A DNA stretch of 64,000 nt from an uncultured beta proteobacterium (GTDB lineage: Bacteria; Pseudomonadota; Gammaproteobacteria; Burkholderiales; SG8-39): assembly GCA_903859155.1 (NCBI GenBank), contig CAIOLO010000049.1:4609-68608 (forward strand). The letters run 5' to 3'. Every line of letters starts with the position of its first letter. The stretch's first letter is position 1. The notes under the pieces were generated by a model, which saw only the letters and a program-made list of their open reading frames with translations, was not told where the DNA came from and ran no database searches. This document shows positions 28,610-38,200 of the stretch, in pieces. A program made the position numbers and the translations under genes.

Positions 28610-28812
28610 GTCCCGGGCGCTGCTCGATAACGAGCGACCAGTCCGAGATCCTGCGCAGAACGAAGAGCCACAGGGGTGGAACGCGCCAAAACGGGTTCAT
28701 ATCAAACTGGTCCGCAGAAAGCGGATGGAAAGTGCGATTATCGCAGGGAGTCGTCTGGTCGTGCGCATCCGAGGCAGCTGATCCTCAGTCCACCGGGGCG
28801 GGATTTGCCATA

Positions 28813-30528
28813 ATGCCGGTTGTTTGCGTTTCCGCAGGATTGAAAACCGTGCCGATGACTCCCGTCCTGGCTCTGCGCCGCCTCGAGGCGATGCACTTTG
28901 AATTCGGTCCCGGGCGCGCCACGGCCAAGCTTGTTCTGCTGCGACATCTCGCACGCGCTCGCCTGGGCTCCGCGCGCGCCGTGCTGCGCCTGCACGAGCA
29001 ACTGTGTTTCATGCGCGCCTATCCGGATGACCGCGCCGTTCTCGCGCAGGTCGAGGAAATGCTCGGCGCCTTCCCGCGGCGCGGCGACCTGCGCCGGCAT
29101 CGGAGGGCTCTTGACGACAGCGGCGTTGCCGGCACCCGCATCCGTTACCGGTTCTTCTGGCCAACGGCTCGCCGGCTTGCCGCACGCTGGCCGGCGCGGT
29201 TGCAGATCGACTGGGATCTGCTGGACGAACCCGGGCGGCTGCTTGCCGCTCTGCCGTTGCTCACCACGCCGATCGAAGCGGCGTGGCTGCGCGAGCGCAA
29301 ACCGTCAGCGCAGACGGCGCTGGGGCGCTTGAATGGCGGCGCAGTCGGCGAGGGAACATTCCTGGTCCGGCGCATCGAAGCAATGCCCGGGGACGACTTT
29401 ACCCGCGAAGTATTCGCCGACGCACTCGACACGCCGATGCTCATTGATCCGGCGCCGGGCACGCCCTCGCGAACCCTGGCGTGGTATTCGCCATCTCCGC
29501 TGACTTTCGTCAGCGGCCCCTTGCGACGCGCGCGACCGGATCTGCGCGCCGAATTGGGGGTGCCGCCGCGATCGATTCGCGCGGTTTCGGCCGCTGAAGG
29601 CGAGCGCCTGATCGATCTTGCCCATGCTGCGCTGGTCACGCGCTCGCGCGACATCGACGGCATCACCTATGGAAATCCGCGCGACGTCTGGATGGTCGAC
29701 GACAGCCACGGTCTGCAGTGGGTGTTCATCGGCGTCGTTCCGGAAAGGCGCCAGCTGCTGCGGGCAACCTATGGATTCGTCACCTTGCGCAACGGGGTGC
29801 CCATCGGTTACGGCCAGATGGATACGCTGTTTCGCTGCGCGGATGTTTCGTTCAATTCCTTTGACACCTTTCGCGGCGCCGAGACGGCGTGGATTTTCGT
29901 GCGGCTGCTGGCCGCCACCCACGCGCTGCTGGGCGCCTGTGCGTTCACGCTGGATGGTTACCAGCTCGGGCACCACAATGACGAGGCCATCGTTTCGGGC
30001 GCCTGGTGGTTCTATTTCAAGCTGGGTTTTCGCCCGCGCGACCCGGCAATCAGGAAGTTCGCCGACGCCGAATTCGCGCGCATGCAGGGCAACCCCGGCC
30101 ATCGCTCCAGTGCTGCCACGCTGCGGCGACTGGCCGCGCAGACGATGGTATTCGAGTCGGAGGGCGCACGCGCGCCGCACTGGCCGCGCCTGGCGGATCT
30201 GGGCGGGCTTGCTGCCATCCGGTTTGCCACGGCATGCAGCACCGATCGCCAAGCCGCGGTAAGCGAGTATGCGCGGGCGGCCATGCGGAATCTTGGCTTG
30301 AAATCCCTGGCCGGACTTGCCGGCAGGCGCGCCGACATACAGCAGGCCTGGGATCGCTGGGCGCCTCTGGTCGACCTGCTGCCGCTGTCGCGCTGGCGCA
30401 TGCCGCAGCGGCGGGCTCTGGCCGGCATCATTTCCGCCAAAGGGGCAGACTCCGAAAGGGAATACCTGCGGCAGTTCGACGCCCATCCCGAATTGGCCGC
30501 TTCGCTGCGTGCGCTGACGCGCGCCTAG
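28813..30528 (+). CDS. Conserved-looking hypothetical protein (about 570 aa); first gene of the Pfa/Ole string, with a possible GNAT-like C-terminal core
   Basis: Long ORF with coding-like composition. Start set at ATG 28813 (alternative 28855) because the region upstream overlaps the PilZ gene. Only a weak resemblance: GVPIGYGQMD..ETAWIFVRLL..AIVSGAWWFYFKLGFRP recalls the beta4-alpha3..alpha4 end of GNAT acyltransferases. Confidence 0.5.
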   Translation: MPVVCVSAGLKTVPMTPVLALRRLEAMHFEFGPGRATAKLVLLRHLARARLGSARAVLRLHEQLCFMRAYPDDRAVLAQVEEMLGAFPRRGDLRRHRRALDDSGVAGTRIRYRFFWPTARRLAARWPARLQIDWDLLDEPGRLLAALPLLTTPIEAAWLRERKPSAQTALGRLNGGAVGEGTFLVRRIEAMPGDDFTREVFADALDTPMLIDPAPGTPSRTLAWYSPSPLTFVSGPLRRARPDLRAELGVPPRSIRAVSAAEGERLIDLAHAALVTRSRDIDGITYGNPRDVWMVDDSHGLQWVFIGVVPERRQLLRATYGFVTLRNGVPIGYGQMDTLFRCADVSFNSFDTFRGAETAWIFVRLLAATHALLGACAFTLDGYQLGHHNDEAIVSGAWWFYFKLGFRPRDPAIRKFADAEFARMQGNPGHRSSAATLRRLAAQTMVFESEGARAPHWPRLADLGGLAAIRFATACSTDRQAAVSEYARAAMRNLGLKSLAGLAGRRADIQQAWDRWAPLVDLLPLSRWRMPQRRALAGIISAKGADSEREYLRQFDAHPELAASLRALTRA

Positions 30529-30575
30529 AGCGAATTCCGCTTGTTTATCGTTTATTTTTCGCGAAAAGGTCTGCA

Positions 30576-32255
30576 TTGAACATACTGACTTCAACCGAGC
30601 CCCACGGCAGCAGCTGGTGGAGTCCGAATGGTTCATTGCCGATCGCCGATGAACCGGGTTTGAATCGTGCCATTGCCACATTGCACCAGCCGGTGCTTCT
30701 GGTCCGGAAAAAGGGCATTTTGGCGGTGGCCCGCGGCGGCAACCTCGAATTCGGCCCCCAGGCCGGCGTGGAGGGAGGATATCCGGTTGCCGCTTTTGCG
30801 CCGGCATTGCGAGTGGAGCATCTGGGAGACAGCAGTTTCTGCGCGGATCACGGCCTTCGTTATGCCTATGTGGCCGGTGCGATGGCCAATGGCATTGCCT
30901 CGACGCAACTGGTCGAGGCAATGGGCCGAGCGGGCATGCTCGGTTTTTTCGGCGCGGCCGGCCTCAGTCTTGAGCGAGTCGAGGCGGCGATCGAGAAAAT
31001 TTCCCTGTCGATACCGGAGTTGCCCTATGGATTCAACCTGATCCACAGCCCCAATGAACCGGAACTGGAAGCGGGCCTGGTGGATCTCTATTTGCGGCGT
31101 GGCATCCGCCTGGTGGAGGCCTCGGCCTATCTGCGGCTCACGCTGCCGCTGGTGCGCTATCGGGTCAGCGGCATCGGACGCGATGCGCACGGGCGGGTGA
31201 TTGCGCCAAACCGTGTCATTGCCAAAGTTTCCCGTGTCGAAGTGGCCTCGCAATTTTTTTCCCCGCCACCGGCAAAGTTTCTGGCCGAACTGGTGCGCAG
31301 CGGCGATATCACCGAGGAACAGGCGGCGCTTGCGGCGGAAATTCCGATGGCTCAGGACCTCACCGGGGAGGCCGATTCCGGTGGCCATACCGACAACCGC
31401 CCTCTGGTCACGTTGCTGCCCACAATGCTGGCTTTGCGCGACCGGATGCAGAGCAAACACGGTTATGCGCAGCCGTTGCGGGTGGGGGCGGCCGGAGGAT
31501 TGTCCACTCCGGCGGCGCTTGCGGCCGCCTTTTCGATGGGGGCGGCCTACGTCCTCACCGGTTCGGTGAACCAGGCCTGTGTCGAATCGGGAAGCTGCGA
31601 CGCGGTGCGGGTGATGTTGGCGCAGGCGGAGCAGGCGGACATCGCCATGGCGCCGGCGGCGGACATGTTCGAGATGGGGGTGCGCGTACAGGTGCTCAAG
31701 CGCGGCACCATGTTCCCCATGCGGGCGGCCAAGCTGTATGATCTTTACCGGACGCACGGGGGGCTGGAAAATCTGCCAGAAGCGGACAAAACTTTCGTCG
31801 AAAAGCAGCTCTTGCGTGCCACAATCGAGGAAGCATGGCGCAGCACCAGGGAATTTTTCATGCAGCGCGATCCCCGACAGGTCGAACGCGCCGAACGTGA
31901 GCCGAAACACCGGATGGCGCTGGTTTTTCGCAGCTACCTGGGGTTGAGTTCGCGCTGGGCCAATGGTGGTGATGCATCGCGGGCGATGGATTACCAGATC
32001 TGGTGCGGGCCTGCGATGGGTGCGTTTAACGAATGGACGCGCGGGACCTTCCTGGAAAAGCCGGAAAACCGGCGCGTGGTGCTGGTCGGGCAGAATCTTC
32101 TTTATGGCGCGGCAATGCAGTTGCGCCGGCAGTGTTTGCGCGTACAAGGGATACAATTGCCGGCGCACGTCCCGGAGGGGGGGGTAACGGAGGGCGGTCC
32201 TCTGGAATCGCAGGCATTGCGTGAAGTATTGAACCCAGAAGTTTTGAATTCATAA
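30576..32255 (+). CDS. pfaD: PfaD-family enoyl reductase (FMN, nitronate-monooxygenase-like) of a PUFA-synthase-type system
   Basis: LGDSSFCADHGLRYAYVAGAMANGIASTQLVEAMGRAGMLGFFGAAGL..YGFNLIHSPNEPELE..EADSGGHTDNRPL..AAGGLSTPAALAAAFSMGAAYVLTGSVNQ..APAADMFEMGVRVQVLKRGTMF is a near-diagnostic PfaD signature. There is no in-frame ATG, so TTG 30576 is proposed, with AAGG 7-10 nt upstream. The ORF frame is open from 30006. Confidence 0.85.
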   Translation: MNILTSTEPHGSSWWSPNGSLPIADEPGLNRAIATLHQPVLLVRKKGILAVARGGNLEFGPQAGVEGGYPVAAFAPALRVEHLGDSSFCADHGLRYAYVAGAMANGIASTQLVEAMGRAGMLGFFGAAGLSLERVEAAIEKISLSIPELPYGFNLIHSPNEPELEAGLVDLYLRRGIRLVEASAYLRLTLPLVRYRVSGIGRDAHGRVIAPNRVIAKVSRVEVASQFFSPPPAKFLAELVRSGDITEEQAALAAEIPMAQDLTGEADSGGHTDNRPLVTLLPTMLALRDRMQSKHGYAQPLRVGAAGGLSTPAALAAAFSMGAAYVLTGSVNQACVESGSCDAVRVMLAQAEQADIAMAPAADMFEMGVRVQVLKRGTMFPMRAAKLYDLYRTHGGLENLPEADKTFVEKQLLRATIEEAWRSTREFFMQRDPRQVERAEREPKHRMALVFRSYLGLSSRWANGGDASRAMDYQIWCGPAMGAFNEWTRGTFLEKPENRRVVLVGQNLLYGAAMQLRRQCLRVQGIQLPAHVPEGGVTEGGPLESQALREVLNPEVLNS

Positions 32256-32265
32256 TCAACGAGCC

Positions 32266-35200
32266 ATGAGCAATCAGTCCTGTCCCCTGGCCATTGTCGG
32301 CATGAGTTGTCTGTTTCCCAAAGCAGACGACCTGCAGGCCTATTGGGCGAATATCAAGAACGGCGTGGATGCGATCACGCCGATACCGCTTGGTTCGCAC
32401 TGGAACGCCGCCGATTACTTCGACGCGGACCCGAAAACCCCAGACCATACCTACGCGCAACGCGGTGGTTTTCTCGCGCCGGTGACCTTCAACCCGATGG
32501 AATTCGGCATGGCGCCCAAGGACATCGAGGCAACCGACACCACGCAGCTTCTGAGCCTTATCGCGGCGCAGCGGGCTTTGGTGGATGCCGGATATGCCGC
32601 CGGCAGCAGCCCCGGGCGCGAGTTCGACCGTGACCGCACCAGTGTCATTCTCGGTGTCACCGGGGCCCTGGAGCTGGTGATACCACTGGGCGCGCGCCTG
32701 GGTCATCCGCACTGGCGCAAAGCGCTGAAGGATGCCGGCGTCGACAGCGAGGTCGCCAAGGACGTGGTGCAGCGTATTTCGGATTCCTATGTCGGCTGGC
32801 AGGAGAATTCCTTTCCAGGCCTGCTTGGCAACGTCGCAGCCGGCCGCATTGCCAGCCGTCTTGACCTGGGGGGAACCAACTGCGTCGTCGATGCGGCCTG
32901 CGCGAGTTCGCTGGCGGCGATTCACCTCGCGGGCCTGGAACTGTCGGCGGGCCTTTCGGACATGGTCATCACCGGCGGCGTGGATACCTTCAACGATATC
33001 TTCATGTACATGTGCTTCAGCAAGACGCCGGCGCTCTCGCCGAGCGGCGACGCGAAGCCATTCGACCGCGATTGCGACGGTACCGTTCTGGGCGAAGGGC
33101 TGGGTGTACTGGTGCTCAAGCGCCTTGCCGACGCCGAGCGCGACGGCGACCGCATTTATGCCGTGCTCAAGGGCATGGGGTCCTCCAGCGATGGGCGCAG
33201 CAGTGCAATTTATGCGCCGCGCGCCGCCGGCCAGAAGCTTGCCCTGCAGCGCGCTTACGTGGCCGCCGGCGTGACCCCGGAGACGATCGGACTGCTCGAA
33301 GGCCATGGCACCGGCACCAAAGTCGGCGATGCGACCGAACTGTCCTCCCTGACGGAGGTTTTCCAGGCGACCCAGAAACAGGGCACCTGGTGTGCGCTTG
33401 GGTCGGTCAAGTCGCAGATCGGGCACACCAAGGCGGCGGCGGGCGTGGCCGGCATTATCAAGGCTGCGATGGCGTTGCATCAAAAGGTCCTCCCCCCGAC
33501 CATCAAGGTCAAACAACCGCTGGATGGGGCTGCGCCGGGGCTGTCGCCTTTCTACGTCAACACCCGCAAGCGCCCCTGGTTGCCAAGTCCGACGCACCCG
33601 CGGCGCGCCGGCATCAGCGCGCTGGGTTTTGGTGGAACCAATTTCCATTGTGTGCTGGAGGAGCACGGCGCGGCGAAGCCTTGCGTGGACTGGGACGGCG
33701 ATGTCGAGATCCTCGCTTTGGGCAGCGAGAACATCGGCGAACTGCAGGCGCAATTGACCGCGCACCGCACGGACTGCTCCTGGACGGCGTTCCGGCGCGT
33801 GGCGCATGAGTCACGCCGCCAGTTCCGGCACAGCGCCGGCTGCCGCCTGTTGATAGTGGCGACCGAGCAGTCCGACCGTGCGGGTCTCAGGGATGCCGCG
33901 CTGAAAATGCTGGAGAAAAACCCCGGTAAGAGTTCATGGGTATCGCCCCTGGGTATTGCCTTCGGCTCCGGGCAAACGCATGGCAAACTCGGCGCGCTGT
34001 TTCCCGGTCAAGGTTCGCAGTACGTGGGCATGTTGCGTGATCTTGCCTGCCAGTTCCCCGACATGATGGATGAACTGGTCCGGGCTGACGCCGTTTTCGC
34101 GGGGGAACCTTTCCGCCTGGGCGCGCGGCGCCTGAGCGACTACATCTATCCCCAGCCGGCTTTTTCCGAGGAGGCGCTTCTGCACCAGGAAGAGGCATTG
34201 AAGTCAACCGATGTCGCCCAACCGGCCATGGGTGCGGTATGCCTGGGTGCGTTCAATGTTCTGGGCCATTTCGGCGTGTTCGTGGACGCCGCCTGCGGAC
34301 ACAGTTACGGCGAACTGCTCGCGCTTTGTGCGGCAGAGCGCTTAACACCGGAAGTCCTGCATCAGTTGTCCAGCGTGCGCGGCCGGTTGATGGCCAGCGG
34401 CGATGGCGACCGTGGCGGGATGCTGGCCGTCCAGGCGGATGAGAAAACGGTGCAGGCATTCCTGCGCGAGGAAAATGGCGATCTGGTCATTGCGAACCGC
34501 AACTCGCCCGAGCAAACCGTATTGGCGGGCCCCGCGGATCAGATAAAGCGCGCGGCCGGCGAACTGACCAGGCGTTCCCTGCGCTCCCGCGTGCTGCAGG
34601 TGTCGGCCGCATTCCACAGCGCCCTGGTTGCCGACGCGCGCGCTCCGTTCGCCGCGGCGCTCGGGGCGGTTGCGTTTGCCAAGGGCAGCATGCCCGTTTA
34701 TGCGAATTCCACCGGCGGCTTGTATCCGGAGTCGGCTACCGAAGCGCGCGACCTGCTGGCCAATCAGATTGTGAGGCCGGTCAATTTCATGCAGCAGATC
34801 CAGGCAATGCATGCTGCCGGCGTGCGCACTTTTGTCGAAATCGGACCCGGCCACGTGCTCGGTGATCTGGTGCAGTCCATTCTGCCCGGCGGCGATGTAC
34901 AGACCGTCGCGCTCGATGCCTCGAAAGGCGCCCGTTCCGGCATTTTCGATCTCGCGCTGTCACTTGGCAGGCTTGCGTCGCTGGGACATGAAGTGGATCT
35001 GTCGAAATGGGAGAAAGCACCGGTTCCGGCCGAGGCGCTCTCCAGCAAGCCGGCGTTTACCGTCGCCCTTTCCGGCGCGAACTATCGCGCGCCGCAGGCA
35101 CCCCGTGCGCCGGCGGCGCCCAGGCGCGCACCGGTCATGGCCACCGAAACCGCTGCCCGAGCGGCGGCGCCATTTAACTTTCAGTCGCAAGGCGCTGCCG

Positions 35201-38200
35201 CACCGATGACACACGCCCCCGTCCCTGCCTTCGCGTTCAAAGCGGATGATCTGTCCGCCACCGACGTCCCCGCGGCATTGCAGGCTGCGCAGGAGGGCAT
35301 ACTCGCGCTGCAGCGCCTCCAGGAACAGACCGCGCAGCTTCACAAGCAGTTTCTCGAAGGGCAGGAATCCGCGCGACGCGCCATACAGTCGCTGCTCAGC
35401 CTGCGTAGCGGCGCACCGGTCCAACAATCTGTTGGCGCACCGGTTGCGAATCCGGCGGCAGTGCCAGTGGCACCCGTCACGGTGGCGACGGGTCGCGCTG
35501 CGGCCGCCGCTAACCTGTCCCCTGGGCGTCAGGCCGCAAGTCAGGCGCCCGCGACGCAGGCTGTTCCTGTCCCCGATCGTGCGCTGCACGAACGCACCGT
35601 GCTCGAAGTGGTGGCGGAAAAAACCGGCTATCCGGTCGAGATGCTGAACCTCGGCATGGGCATGGATGCGGATCTCGGCATTGATTCCATCAAGCGCGTT
35701 GAAATCATGGCGGCGCTGCGCACTCGCCTGCCTGCCGCACCCGAAATAAAACCGGAGCATCTGGGGACATTGCAGACGCTCGAGCAGGTGGTTGCTTTTC
35801 TGGCGGCGGGGGCAGCCGCATCCGGTGCTGTCGTCATTGCCGGCGTTGCGGCCGCTCCGCTGTCCGGCGCGGCGCCTCAGGGCGGCGGCCACATCACCGC
35901 AGTATTGCTCGAAGTGGTGGCGGAAAAAACCGGCTATCCGGTCGAGATGCTGGATCTGGGCATGGGCATGGATGCGGACCTGGGCATCGACTCCATCAAG
36001 CGCGTCGAGATCATGGCGGCATTGCGGGCCAGACTTCCCGGCTCGCCGGAAATCAGGCCTGAGCACCTGGGCACGCTGCAGACCTTGCAGCAGATAGTGG
36101 ATTTTCTGGGGGGCGGCGCGGAAATCCCGACGGCATCGGTAAATGCGAAAGCAGACGCGGGTGCGGCGGATCCGGCCCGCATCAGCGAAGTCCTGCTCGC
36201 CGTGGTTGCCGACAAGACCGGTTATCCGGTCGAGATGCTGAACCTGGACATGGGGCTGGATGCGGACCTGGGCATTGACTCCATCAAGCGCGTCGAGATC
36301 ATGGCTGCACTGCGCGCGCAACTCCCTGGTTCGCCTGAAATCAGGCCGGAACATCTGGGTACCCTGCAAACGCTGCGACAGATCGTCGAGTTTCTCGGGA
36401 CGCAAGGCGGCCCGGTGGCGGCGATTGACACCGGCGCACCGGAATCCATGGCGGTCGTCGATGTGGAGACGGCAACGCAAATACCGCGGCTGGATGCGAT
36501 GCGGCAGGGGGTTCGCCCGGCAGAAATCAAGAATGGCGAGCAGCGGGCGACGCTTGCGCTTGCGCCTGGTGCGCACGTCTGGCTGGTTGGCGACGACTCG
36601 GATCTCGCGCGGCATATCGAGGAGCGACTCCAGGCGAGTCGCCTGCATGTTCATCGCGGCGACCTCAATACGAAGTTCGTTGCCAAAGGTTCGGCTTCGC
36701 CCGCCGCGCTCATCCTGCTGACACCCGAGGTCGTCGAGGACAACTTTCTCAAGCGTGCTTTCCGCCTGATCCAGCTGGCGGGACCGTCTCTGCGCAAAGC
36801 GGGCGGGGCCGACACGGCAATACTCCTTACGGTGTCACGGCTCGACGGTGCCTTTGGATTCGGCGGCGCGGGGCCCATCGGCAACCCGGTCAGCGGCGGC
36901 CTGGCCGGCTTGTTGAAGACCGCGCGTCGCGAATGGCCCGAGGTTCACTGCAAGGCGCTTGATCTGAATACGGGATCGTTGCCCGCCGATGAAACCGCGG
37001 CGCAGATTGTCGAGGAAATGTTCCGTGTGGGTCCTGTCGAGGTGGGGCTGTCAGGACGCTCACGCGTGACGCTTGCAGTTGATTTTGCGCCGCTGGCGCC
37101 GGATGCGGGCAAGGGTTTGCCCCTGCCTTTGGGCGAGAACGATGTGATCGTCGTCTCCGGCGGAGCGCGCGGGGTCACCGGCGACGCGGCGTTGGCGTTT
37201 GCGCAGACATTCCGTTCCACGCTGGTGCTGCTGGGTCGCAGCCAGCTGGCCGAAAGCGAGCCCGGCTGGTTGCAGGGCATGAATAGCGAAGCAGAAATCA
37301 AGAAAGCGCTGTTCTCCAGGCTGCCGGCGGGGAGTCCGCCGAGCACCGTCGAGGCCAACTATCGCCAGTTGATCGCGCAGCGCGAAATCCGCGCACAACT
37401 TGCGCGCCTTGGCGCCGCCGGCGCGCGCGCCGTCTATTGTTGTGTGGATGTGCGAGACGGCGCCGCGGTGACGCGGGCGCTCGATGACGTTCGCCAGCGA
37501 TATGGCGCGATTGGCGGCCTGGTGCACGGTGCTGGCGTGCTTGCCGACCGCCGTATCGAGGACAAGACCGAGGATCAATTCGATGCCGTCTACGGCACGA
37601 AAGTGACCGGACTGCAGAATCTGCTTGGTGCGCTGGCAAGCGAGAAACTCAAAGTCATTGCCTTGTTTTCCTCCTATACCGGTCGTTTTGGCCGTATCGG
37701 GCAGGTGGATTACGCGGCGGCCAACGAGGTGCTCAACAAGATCGCCCAGCAGGAATCGCGCCGCCGTCCGGACTGCCGTGTCGTTTCGGTCAACTGGGGG
37801 CCGTGGAACGGCGGCATGGTGACGCCGGGACTGCGCAGGATATTCGAACAGGAAGGCGTGGGACTGATCGAGCCCGCTGACGGCGCAGCTTTTCTGATGC
37901 GCGAAATCTGCGCCGCCGCCAAGGGCGACGTCGAGGTGCTGGCGCTGGCGCCGGCGGCGCAAAAGGCGCACGCCCCGGAGAAAATTGCCATTGCCAGTGC
38001 GGCAACCAGCATCGCCTTCGAGCGCGAGGTCAGCGTCAAGGCCTTGCCGTGTCTGGAATCCCATGTATTCAACGGCCGTGCGGTATTGCCGGCGGCGCTG
38101 ATGGTCGAGTGGCTCGCGCAAGCCGCCCTGCACGGCAATCCGGGCATGCGCTTTCACGGCCTGGACGATTTCAAGGTGCTCAAGGGGGTGGTGCTCGATG

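Noticed and set aside
30006-30575. 5' extension of the PfaD reading frame (the ORF track gives 749 aa from 30006).
   Set aside because: The extension overlaps the end of the upstream 570-aa gene in another frame and translates to Arg/Ala/Gly-rich sequence unlike any PfaD N-terminus. The conserved PfaD sequence begins shortly after TTG 30576.
32026-33807. 593-aa ORF on the minus strand. Similar giants: 29305-30921(-), 30633-32168(-), 34960-36654(-), 37060-38658(-), 40490-42268(-), 43892-45430(-), 10081-11745(+), 7724-8998(-), 13777-15015(-), 24096-25289(-), 41779-43161(+).
   Set aside because: All lie antisense to, or out of frame within, genes that have unmistakable domain motifs. Their translations are Arg/Gly/Ala/Pro-rich low-complexity strings with no recognisable motifs. 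This is the usual artefact of stop-codon-poor frames in high-GC DNA.
35590-36396. Regularly spaced repeats that might be mistaken for a CRISPR-like or other non-coding array.
   Set aside because: The period is about 300 nt and the repeats are in frame inside a 2196-aa ORF. Each encodes an ACP with the DSIKRVE phosphopantetheine site.
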